A stretch of 64,000 nt of DNA from Epiperipatus broadwayi (taxonomy: Eukaryota > Animalia > Onychophora). The stretch is from the NCBI GenBank assembly GCA_028023455.1, contig JAQFVV010000002.1:3224001-3288000 (forward strand), given 5' to 3'. This document shows positions 54,021 to 64,000 of the stretch, one piece after another. Each line of letters starts with the position of its first letter. Within the stretch, counting starts at the first letter, position 1. The notes below the pieces were generated by a model that saw nothing but the letters and a program-made list of their open reading frames with translations, was not told the DNA's origin and searched no databases. The translations under genes and the position numbers were made by a program.

Positions 54021-55759
54021 AGAAAGAAAATTTGCTTCCCCGATCTCTCCAAGATCAGACCCGTGCCAATGTACTCATAAGCCATCGTTTCCAAACTGCT
54101 GCCAAAATGAACTGTAAAATACACCAGGAACAGAGACATTAAACACAATTTTGCTAAAATAATGCCAAATTAATCATATTTCTTCAAAAATGAAACCAAC
54201 ATGTGTGCATACGTCCATCAAATCATCTAACATAGGGGTAATTCCCTGCCGCAAAATGAACTCTAAAAACTTTCATCTAAATAATCTTCTTAATCGTAAA
54301 CTGTAAAATTCAACCTCTAATTATGTAAATTTATTTTGCCTAAAGTATGTCTTTTTAATATTTCCATTTTTGTAATCTTTATTTTTTCAAAATGTAATTG
54401 CTTATTTTTCCATCGGTAATGCCAAACCGATTAATTGCTTAAACAATGACTTTTCTTTTTGCTTTAATATCTAAATTTTATTTGATTTTCTAAACTCGAT
54501 TGCTGGGTTTTCACTCATACTGTTTTATTATTTTTAAATGTGGCAATTTTACTTTGATATTATGTAAATCATACCCATTTTAATATGCTAATAATTCAAC
54601 TTGGTGAATCAATCTTATATTATTTTACTATTCCGCCATTAAGGAATTTTAAATCGTAAACGTAAGTTTTCTTACTAAACTAAAAATTCGCCCGGTTGAA
54701 AATATTCCTAAACTGTTTTGATTAATTTTTATTATGCTATCCGTTATCATTTCAAATAAATTATTAACTATTATTTCATACTATTGATTAATATTAAATA
54801 AATTTAGTATTAAATAAACTGAAGTTCAGATCCTTACTTTTAGTTGATGATTCATTATATAATTAGCCCGCCATCTAATGATAATTTAAGTAACTAATTT
54901 TTCAGGCATATTGATATGCGTTTAACAAAGGGAATCTTAATTCTTCATATTTCATTATTGATATGCTAAATAATCTTTTAAGCAAATTGTATGCCCCTTT
55001 TTGGGATTGCTTATATATTATCATTTCATTACGCTAGACTTACTTACTCTTTAAAGCCATAAATAAAAATCAGTGTTAATACAGACCTGAGAGCCTTCGC
55101 GATGGGACCCGGTGATAGCGTTCATCAATCAAGTGTTTCTTTGTCATACTTTCTCTCATTACTGGAATCCTTAAAGCACATTTCTCGGCGGAGTGTGGAG
55201 GCCCTGACTCCAAAGGTTGTGTTTGGTCACGTAGGCTCTATTATGGGTTAACATTCGGAAAAACGAAACCATAGTATCCTGCCAACCACTTCTTCGGATG
55301 CTATCAGTCACAAGCGCAGATGAGCTTATGTTTTTCGTTCTCAAGTTGATGAAGCTTCTCATCCTTTCAAACATTATCATTCGGTCCGCACGCTATCGTT
55401 TATACTTCCTCAATATATTTTATTCGTCTGTAAGTCATAATGATATGATTTTCCTAAGCCACTCCAAGTTCTCATATTATAATATAAATTTAGTTTGCCC
55501 TATCACATATTATAGCTTATTAGCGCTATCCACCCTATCGTTACACTGCTATTAAATACATTGAAAGTTAACTTTTAATAAAGCCTATAAAAGTCAAGTC
55601 ATGTGACTGAATGTCGAGATAATTATGCTTTTCCTTATTCTATACGTAAATCATAAATGATGAATCATTTTATAATTTCCAAGATAATTAATCTATCGTT
55701 AATATAATTATGATGAAATCCATGTATAATCAAAATTTACTAGATAATTTATTATTCAA

Positions 55760-55930
55760 ACTATCATAATGGATATAATCAAAGCCCATGTATAGTTATT
55801 AAAATCCATTATATTCTCTGTGACTTAAAATATCATAATGTTCATAATAAAAGCCATGTATAGTTATTGAAATCCGTTACATTCTTAGTGATTTAAAATG
55901 TCATAGTGTTAATAATGGAAGCCCTATAAA
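55760..55930. repeat. Degenerate tandem repeat, ~69-bp unit, ~2.5 copies
   Basis: aagcc(c)atgtatagttatt.aaatcc at ~55782 and ~55851, and aagccctata at ~55920. Confidence 0.8.
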
Positions 55931-57504
55931 ATATATTTTAAATTAGCATATTAAGCCGCATCATTTCAATTAATTAATTTCTTACTAATATGTATCTTTA
56001 GTACTGGCATATCCATCAATCCTTAATTTATGTTGCTAAGGTCAGCATGGAATGCTCACATCAACATTATGTGAAACCCAGATAGAGTATTTATTATGTG
56101 TAATCTGAGTTATAGTGTGTTTTAAAGTCTATATCCATTTGCTCATATACTAATTTAATTGCCTCATTAATGTTATTTTTTAATAAATTCATATTTAATA
56201 ATCTATTCTTTGGACATTTTATTAATTCATGCATGCACATCTGTTAATTATATTGCATCATCCTTTAGTTAGTCATTAGATCTCTTGTGTCTCTGCTGAC
56301 CCTCTGGGCCGGGGATTGTTAAAATGTCATTTGCTATCATCAGAAGTGTTGTTTGTAATGTTCTAGATTTGGGAAATGGGCAATAGGGCGAAGTTCATGA
56401 GTATTCCTGACCTGTGTATCTCACATATGATTGAACTCTAGGTACTTTTGCTTAGATGCTAATTCTTGTTAGATGAACATACAATTCTGACTGGTACAAT
56501 ACTTTGATGTTATATTTTTTATACATATTTTAAAGACTATAAATAATTATAGACAAGTTTAAAGTCATTAAATGCATATGCATAATTTAATTATTTTTTA
56601 AAAAACACACATACAGTGGCAAATGGGTGCATATAATATTAATTAATCTTTTCTGAAGGTTTGTAATGATGGTATATTATAAGATGTGATATGTTAGACT
56701 ATTTCCATCATTCACTCATAAATAATGGAAATAGTTGAACATATCACATCTTAATTAATCTTTTGCTTCAATATTTTTTTAATGTTATTCTTAGAAGTGA
56801 TTTTCTATGCTAAAAAAATAATCATTAAAAAAATATGAAATGCCATTCTTCAAAGCTATTTTCAGAAGTGTAGTAAAGTTAATCTTTCCATTAACAATAT
56901 TTTGAAAATAGATTAAAAAATAGTAATGAAATACAATTTGTAATAGTCAAAATAAGAGTCATAGATCACATGACCCTATACTTTGTTTTTTTTTTTTTTA
57001 TAAAGTGTACTATTAAGAATTGTTTAGTTCATTTTCCTAAAGTCTAATTTTTTTTTTCTTTTGCCCTTTGGTATCGAGAGTCATGATTTTAACAATATTT
57101 TATTTTAATTGAAGTAGTTAATTCTTGCACTGGTATCTTCACAATATTTTATACATTATTTCCACAATAGAATAATTGGAAAAATTATAAGGGAGATACA
57201 GGTACAAATTTTAAACTAGTTAATTTTTTCAATTCCTTGGAAATCTGGTCAATGAGTGGGAAGCAAATCTTCCTCTTCTATTCTTTGTGTTCATAAATCC
57301 ATAAATTTCCAATAAAAATATGCAATTGTTTTATTATCAGTCTTGAAGGAAAACTTTTCTGCTACTTTTCATTTCAGAAAGTCTATATAAATTCTTTTCT
57401 CTTTTAATGTTCATCACATAATATTCTATTAAAAGCTAGAATATTTTTTCACTGTTCATTTATCTAGCATTCTTCTCCAGTTTTTTATTCCACAAAATAG
57501 TTTA

Positions 57505-57835
57505 TCTAGGGGGTTTGAACTCATACTTTCACACAAAACTCAACTATCCATGCTATCTCACACTGCTGATACATTTGATCACACACATGTTGAAAAGCTA
57601 AATAATCACCAATATATATATATATTTCGTGCTAAACCAGCGCTCATCAGTTGGTCCAGATTATCATCTCCATACATATATACAATCAATGCTCACTTAC
57701 ATTAAGATAGTCAATCTTCATACTTTAAAGGACAGGTTTCAATACACTCTGCCCCACAACTCTTTAGCCATCCATTTCATTGAAAATCTGATGAAATGCC
57801 CAAAGCCCATATTGGTGCCAATCTTCTCATCCTAG
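57505..57835 (-). repeat. HHR-bearing repeat, copy D
   Basis: Colinear with unit A (catcagttggtccagattatcatctc; aagatag.caatcttcatacttta). Confidence 0.9.
57608..57655 (-). ncRNA. Type I hammerhead ribozyme (copy D), best-formed core in the window
   Basis: ACCAA CUGAUGA GCGCU GGUUU AGCAC GAA A(UA)5U A UUGGU. Canonical G10.1-C11.1 pair; helix III is made of alternating AU. Confidence 0.8.
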
Positions 57836-57839
57836 GTTG

Positions 57840-58578
57840 AGAATGATGGAATTTGTAAATGAGTTTAATTGTTTTGATCCTTCTATAAGATATGTGGTAG
57901 AAGGAGGGGGATTAGATTTTGTTAAGTTAAAATGTTTAGATCTTTTGATGATTAGAAATGTAAAGACTAATTGTTTAGTATGCAGTCATTTTTTAAAAGT
58001 AAAGAATTAAGGTCTATAATTAAACCTGATAGCTATCAGTCTGTATCTTATAAAGTAGCTGCTTTAAGAAATTATTGTTATAGGAATAGGAAATTAAATA
58101 ATTCTAGTGGGGTAGCTTTGTTTCAGAAAGGCCAATTTTATAAAGATTCTTTGAATGTTGGCTAATCTGATAAATTTGTTAAAAGTATTTTATTTAATGA
58201 TAATATTTATAAGGGTGTAAAGGACAAAGAAAAATATATTTTATTTCTTTGCCATTTAAATTGTCTTCTTATGAAATTGTATGTAGAAATAGTAAATTGT
58301 TTGAAAATAAGAAAATTGCTTGGAAAAGGGGTGTTACATTGAATAATTTATTAAATAATACAAAGGAAATTTTTGATAGGAAGACTATTCCTGGTGTAGT
58401 GTAATTTATCCCTTGTTTTTATAAAAAGGTTTACATAGGTCAGAGTAGTTTGAGTTTAAATGAAAGAATAAAGATTCATAAAAGTAGGATTAGAAATAAA
58501 TATCTTAATTCTGCTTTATATGTCCATGAAAAAGATACAGCCACACTATTAATTTTGATGAAGCTAAGATTGTGCCAA
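57840..58578 (+). mobile_element. Penelope-like element remnant (RT C-terminal part and GIY-YIG endonuclease)
   Basis: CLDLLMIR (~57935), then PGVV*FIPCFYKKVYIGQSSLSLNERIKIHKSRIRNKYLNSALYVH and HTINFDEAKIV (~58390-58575). Confidence 0.85.
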
Positions 58579-59830
58579 ATAATTAAAAGAATGCAGTATT
58601 AATATTAATATTTAAAAAAGATAATAAAGAAAATATCAGGAATTACAGACCTATCAGTCTTTTATCAGTTCTATAAAAAAAATTTATGAAAATAATTACA
58701 ACTCATCTACAATGAACTTTAGATTTTAACCAACCAAATAGCAAGCTGGATTTAAAAATAGGTTTAGTAAAGTGGATCACATCCAATATCGAGAGAAGTT
58801 ATAAAAAGAACCAATGAATATGAGTTGTTATTATACTTTGGATTTGTAGATTATGAAAATGCATTTGATTCAATGAGCATTTCTTCAGTGATTAAAGCAT
58901 TATAACATCGAGATATAAACCCAGGATAAAAATGCAGCAGCAGAAATTAGATTACATAATAATACTAGGAAGGTTAACATTGAGAAGATCATATGACAGG
59001 GTGACTCCATATCTCCAAAACATTTTACAGCAGTTTTGCAAAAAATATTTTGTAGATTAAAGTGTGAAGCTACTGGATAAACAGTAAATGGGGATTATTT
59101 AAGTCGTCTTCATTCTGAAGATGATGTAATTGTTCTTGCAAATAATGCTTCACAGCTTCAGGAAATGTTGCAAGAACTATCAGATGAAAGTAAAAAAGTA
59201 GGATTAAATGTTAAAAAGTCTCAACTAATGTTCAATGGATTTTCTCAAAAGTTGGAAATAAAGATTGATAATGACGAGTTGGAAAAAGTTAACAACTACA
59301 AATGCCTTGGTCAAATTATTATTACATATGAAAACATAACGAATGAAAAAACTTAATATTAAAAAGAAATATGTCTATGTATTTGAAAAGAAAAGTTTTT
59401 AAGAAATGCATTTTATCATTTCTTACTTATGGATCTGAGACTTAGGCACTTAAAAAAAAAGCTACACAAAAACTTTAGACACTCCACAAAGTATGGAAAG
59501 ATGCATGTTAGGAATAACAAGAAGAGTTCAAAAACAAAATACATCAGTGAGAGAACAAACAGCTGCTATTGATATCATTGAAAGGATTAAAAGATTGAAG
59601 TGGAGTTGGGATAAACATATTTTTTGCTAGAAGAGATGAGAAATCTTAAACCGAATTCCAAGAAATTGTAAAATACTTAGAAATGTACCACATGTGAGAT
59701 GGATGAATGAAATAACAAAAAGTGCTGGGATAATGTGAAAAAGAGATGCTAGACATCAGAGAAGATAAATGGAACTTGGAAAAACCTTCATCCTTCAGTG
59801 AATCAATAATGGTTGAATATGATGACTGTA
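58579..59830 (+). mobile_element. RTE-clade LINE remnant (same family as 18018-18925)
   Basis: NYRPISLLSV, a QAGFKN-like stretch, GFVDYENAFDS, QGDSISPK.F, a decayed YADD region, and ELSDESKKVGL.V. The 3' end aataatggttga..gatga is shared with the 18 kb copy. Confidence 0.9.
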
Positions 59831-59979
59831 AATGATAAATTATTTCCAAGATACATTTTGTGCTGAAAAAGTACTCATCATTTTGCACAGACCACCATCT
59901 CTCACATATATCTTTATTTTTGATTATGATTGTCAAACTTATCTCAGCCAGAACTTTGACATGATCTACTTTAGAGAAA

Positions 59980-60490
59980 TACAATAATGATTATCACTAA
60001 TCCTTTATTAAATGCAGTTATCTCCAGCAAATATATCAACTTTAAATCGCAGTTAATAAATGATTATTGATAATCATTATTGTATTTATCAAAAGTGTGT
60101 CATACCAAAGTTGTAGGTGTGGCTTGACACTTGTAAATCAAAATATAATAATTATCTAGTGATAAATACTGAACACATGATGAAGATATATATGGGACAT
60201 GATAAAATGGTACAACTTATGACTGCTTGTTTAGCACAAAATGCATTTTGGGAGTCATTTGTTTTTACAGTATCTTCATTCATGTGTTTAGAAATGTATG
60301 GAGGTATGGAGATTATTAAAGACATCTATAATGGATATTACACATGGAAAAAGACAAATAAAGTTGAATTATTCAACGAATGTATTTAATTATAAAAAAC
60401 AGATATATCAATTTGTAATTGAGGTTTAAGGTTCATATCAGTGCTAGAGATAATCTCTAACTTAAATGATTAGTGATAATCATTATTGTA
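59980..60490. repeat. Perfect 22-bp inverted repeats with an internal near-copy
   Basis: tacaataatgattatcactaat (59980-60001) pairs with attagtgataatcattattgta (60469-60490). A one-mismatch copy lies at 60063-60084. Confidence 0.8.
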
Positions 60491-60720
60491 TCTTTATCTA
60501 TGTGTTTCAAGAATGGGAGATGGTGCGAAGGTCATAAGAACATTTATAATTTAGAAATAATATTTTATGTAAATTTCACAGTGATAACTTTTCCAATATT
60601 GAAATTTATGCTAATGAATTATTGAATGTGAAATTTATAATTGAAATAATATTTTATTTACATTGTATAAATTTATACATAAGATGGAGAAAAAAAAATA
60701 TTTAAAAGAAAACATGAATA

Positions 60721-60751
60721 TATTAGGGTAATGAATATCATTACCCTAATA
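60721..60751. repeat. Perfect 14-bp hairpin
   Basis: tattagggtaatga-ata-tcattaccctaata. Confidence 0.95.
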
Positions 60752-61270
60752 GAGTATGTAATATGGTTACATTATTGGTTTTTTCTCATTTTAATAATAC
60801 ATTTGATATTGAACCAAGTACTGGTAGATTCATTATTAATGATAAAATCAACAAATGTAATATTATTTATAAAGTGATGTGCAAATGCAAACTCATTTAC
60901 ATTGATAAGTCAAAATGCGCATTGAAAAAGAAATACAAAGACTCACAGCCTCAAGGTGGCCTTTGATCATTCCATCTTCAGACTTTCAATTTGATGGATG
61001 GTTGAAGAAATGGAGTGTGGAGTGGATTGAAACCTGTCCATTAAAGTATGAGGATTGGCTATCATAATATATATATATATATATCTGAGCATTTATTGCA
61101 TATATGTGTGGAGATGATAATTCTGGACCAACTGATGATTGCTGGTTTAGCATGAAATAGTATATTGGTGATTATTTATCTTTTCTACATATATGTATTC
61201 AAGTGTATCAATGATAAGATAGAGTGGTGGGTCATGTTAATGTCTGTGCTCATATACCCTATATATAATA
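60738..61270 (+). mobile_element. PLE fragment (Neptune-like GIY-YIG, internally deleted) running into HHR-bearing repeat copy E
   Basis: ORF 60763-60966, GRFIINDKINKCNIIYKVMCKCKLIYIDKSKCALKKK..QPQGGL, resembles NVIY..C.C...YIG.T.R.L and C-terminal P.GLN. The repeat family sequence follows directly. Confidence 0.7.
61127..61169 (+). ncRNA. Minimal hammerhead ribozyme (copy E)
   Basis: ACCAA CUGAUGA U UGCU GGUUU AGCA U GAA AUAGUAU A UUGGU. Core intact; one C is lost from the helix III palindrome. Confidence 0.7.
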
Positions 61271-63711
61271 AATTGTGATAATTGGTGAATAGATTTAAAT
61301 CTGTATTTGGTGAACATTTAATTATTTATAATGGAAAATTTTGCTTTGACAGTGTTTTTATTTTACACGTGGAAACAATTTGAAAAAAAAAAATCAAAGA
61401 GCCACATTTTATAAGCATGACAGACAATTTATTACAAAACAAACAATGTAATTATGTTAATATACACAAATTATGGAGAGTTGGCCATTCACATGTGGAT
61501 GTTATTATTGTGCAACTTTAATGAGATTTGTTTTTTAAATTTTAACTGTTAAATGCTACTCTCCATGCAGTAAACTGCCTATAACTATTTTTCATATTTT
61601 TACATTGGTATACTGAATATTGTAGAGCTTATTCTAGAGTATTTTTTTATATGTATGATCTCTTATGAGATATCATTTTTATTAATTTGCATTTTTAAGA
61701 TGATTTCCAAAAGTTTCCATAAATAATTTAAAAATTTTATATTTAAACAGTATTATCAGAATTTAGGATTTAATATTCACTTTGATATACTGTTCTTATT
61801 ATCAGGGCATTTTGCTCCGAGCTGCAAAATGATCAAGGCAACTGGGTGGCAGATTTATAAAAACAAAAAAACATATTTTACTATTTAATTTAAACTTGAC
61901 ACATGAATCCATTGTTTGATAAGTTGCTGTTACTTCTCATGCTGATCCTAAAACTTATTGGATACTAAAAAGGTTGTCTCTTGCACTTTTTGAAGCCATT
62001 CTTGAAACTTTTGTTATTCAAACACCTTTTACAAAATATTTCTTACCTACATCTTTGTTATTGCATATATACTAGATTTTGGAGATTGAAGTGATGGAGT
62101 AAATTGTTCTTGGCTCTCTTTATGTTTTGGGTATTCTTAGCTTTGTTGGATTAAATTATTTCGATTATAATAATGTTGGCATCATAAATGCTATGAAAAT
62201 GTTTTGGAAATTATAAAAAATTTTCCACATCAATTTTTATTTTTTATAAATTTATTTGCATTTCATTAAAAAAACAATATAGTTGATTACTTAGTAAAGA
62301 ATTAATGTAGCTCTTAATTTTATGGTTTGAAAATTTAATTTTTATTATCTACTTTGTTGATATGATGAATTAAAAAGTAAACATATATTTATTATAATTT
62401 ATGAATTATAAAATAGAAAATATTGCTTTTTAAACAATTAAGAATTGACATTTTCCCCCTGGAAAATTAATGACATGATTTTTTAAAATTATTTTAGATT
62501 TTTTTTTTTAAAAGAACACACTTACTGTTTTATTTTTTACAAATAAAATACTGGACCTCATGAAATGGAGTTTTAAAAAAAAAAATATGTAAAAGTTTGG
62601 ATGCAGAAAGATATTTTGAAATAATTTTTATGCCTGAAAGCAATTTCTAAGCATTGAATTGTAAGTGTATATTGTGGCTATATGTAGTTACATCAAGCAT
62701 TAGATGTAAATGTCAAATATAAAAGCTAATAATTGATAACATTTTAATTCTAAAACCTTGTTAACTAAAGGGTTAAATTATACAAGGTAATAATTAATGG
62801 GATTCTCTTCTTTATTCTAAAACTATGGTAAATTAGGTTAAATTATGAAACACTAACAATTAATAGCATTTTAAATTCTAAAACTCTCAGTAAATAAATG
62901 TTTTATTCCAGGTTGTGCATGTACATTTCGTCTCATATCTCTCAAACAAATATTTGGTACAAAACTAATAAAAAAAAGTTTGTTAATTAGTGAATTTTGA
63001 GGGAAAAGAGAAAATAAAAGAAACAGTTTTATAAAAGTTTTCTGCAATAGAAGTTTTAACTAAGTCATTTATATAAAAAAAATATGGAATCCCAAAATAA
63101 ATGTGTATAACTGAAAGGAAAATAACAATATTTTTTTATTTTGTTTTCCCTTTCTCTATTTCCAGTTGTGATTAGTAATCATGACATTGCCTTTCCTATT
63201 CTTATTAAAAAGCAGAAATTGACAATAGTCTTAAAATAGGTGTCTAATTAAGTTATTTATTGATAAACATCCTATAGAGCTTGGGTGAGAGAAATTGGGC
63301 TTTGATAATCTATAAAAGGCTATTGGTAAAAAAAATTAGTTCAGACCATCAGTCTACATTTTGTGAAAACTATTGGAATGTGTATGTACACTCTGAAAGT
63401 TAGAAAAAATGTATAATAAATAAAATACATGATGGTTTTGTACCTTGTACATATACATAAGGTAAATATTAAACAAATACAAACTCTTGTAGTCTATGCT
63501 GGGCTATATACTATTCAACAGAAAAAGAAAGTGAAGTTATTTAACTGGCACAACCTAGCATGAAGAAAAATAACTTAATTGCTCCATTCCAGCTCTATCA
63601 TATATGAATACTTAACTGTACTTTATCAAAGGAGAAGAAAGAAGATTTACTGAGTATGACCAGCAAAACATAGAATGAAATGCTACAACACATTTTTTTT
63701 TATGTGTCATA

Positions 63712-63789
63712 GCATCGGCGGGAAGCGAACCCGCTAACCCGGGACAACTGCTTGTAAGGTAGCTGTGCTGACCACTAGACCACCAATGC
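63712..63789 (-). pseudogene. tRNA-Gly(TCC)-derived pseudogene or SINE head
   Basis: GCATTGGTGGTCTAGTGGTCAGCACAGCTACCTTACAAGCAGTTGTCCCGGGTTAGCGGGTTCGCTTCCCGCCGATGC closely follows tRNA-Gly(TCC). The anticodon reads TAC, the T-arm CGGGTT is duplicated, and an A-run rather than a T terminator follows. Confidence 0.8.
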
Positions 63790-64000
63790 TTGACACATTT
63801 GTTTATTGACAAAATCCACAATTTTTCTAAAAACCCACATGGATAAATTTGTGTGATTATAAACTGCATAGGACTCATTTTAAATTTATGACTGAGAATT
63901 ATTTTTCAAAACTTTGTGAACTAATGCGAAGAAAAATTATTCCAAGGATTATCATTGCTTGGACCCAAAGTGTCAGTTTTTTATATACATATGTTTTGCC

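Noticed and set aside
283-63878. Most ORFs in the supplied six-frame track
   Set aside because: All are 60-117 aa, low-complexity F/I/L/K-rich, typical of AT-rich noise or antisense to TE remnants. Only those cited as TE fragments are informative.

Overview
Very AT-rich, largely CpG-poor eukaryotic (probably invertebrate) non-genic DNA dominated by decayed transposable elements. No intact protein-coding gene could be supported. Recognisable remnants are a Vingi/Ingi-like LINE split by a hAT (ZMYM1-like) transposon, several RTE LINE fragments, a mariner deletion derivative, a probable Gypsy remnant cluster, Penelope-like element (PLE) RT/GIY-YIG fragments and two tRNA-derived sequences. The main unexplained structure is a set of minimal type I hammerhead ribozyme (HHR) motifs from about five unrelated sequence families. 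Most have a self-complementary helix III. One family occurs as a ~474-bp head-to-tail repeat with an intact catalytic core. These elements repeatedly sit in fold-back inversions whose sense strands point outward from the hairpin centre. Coordinates were read by eye; the edges of decayed elements are approximate.
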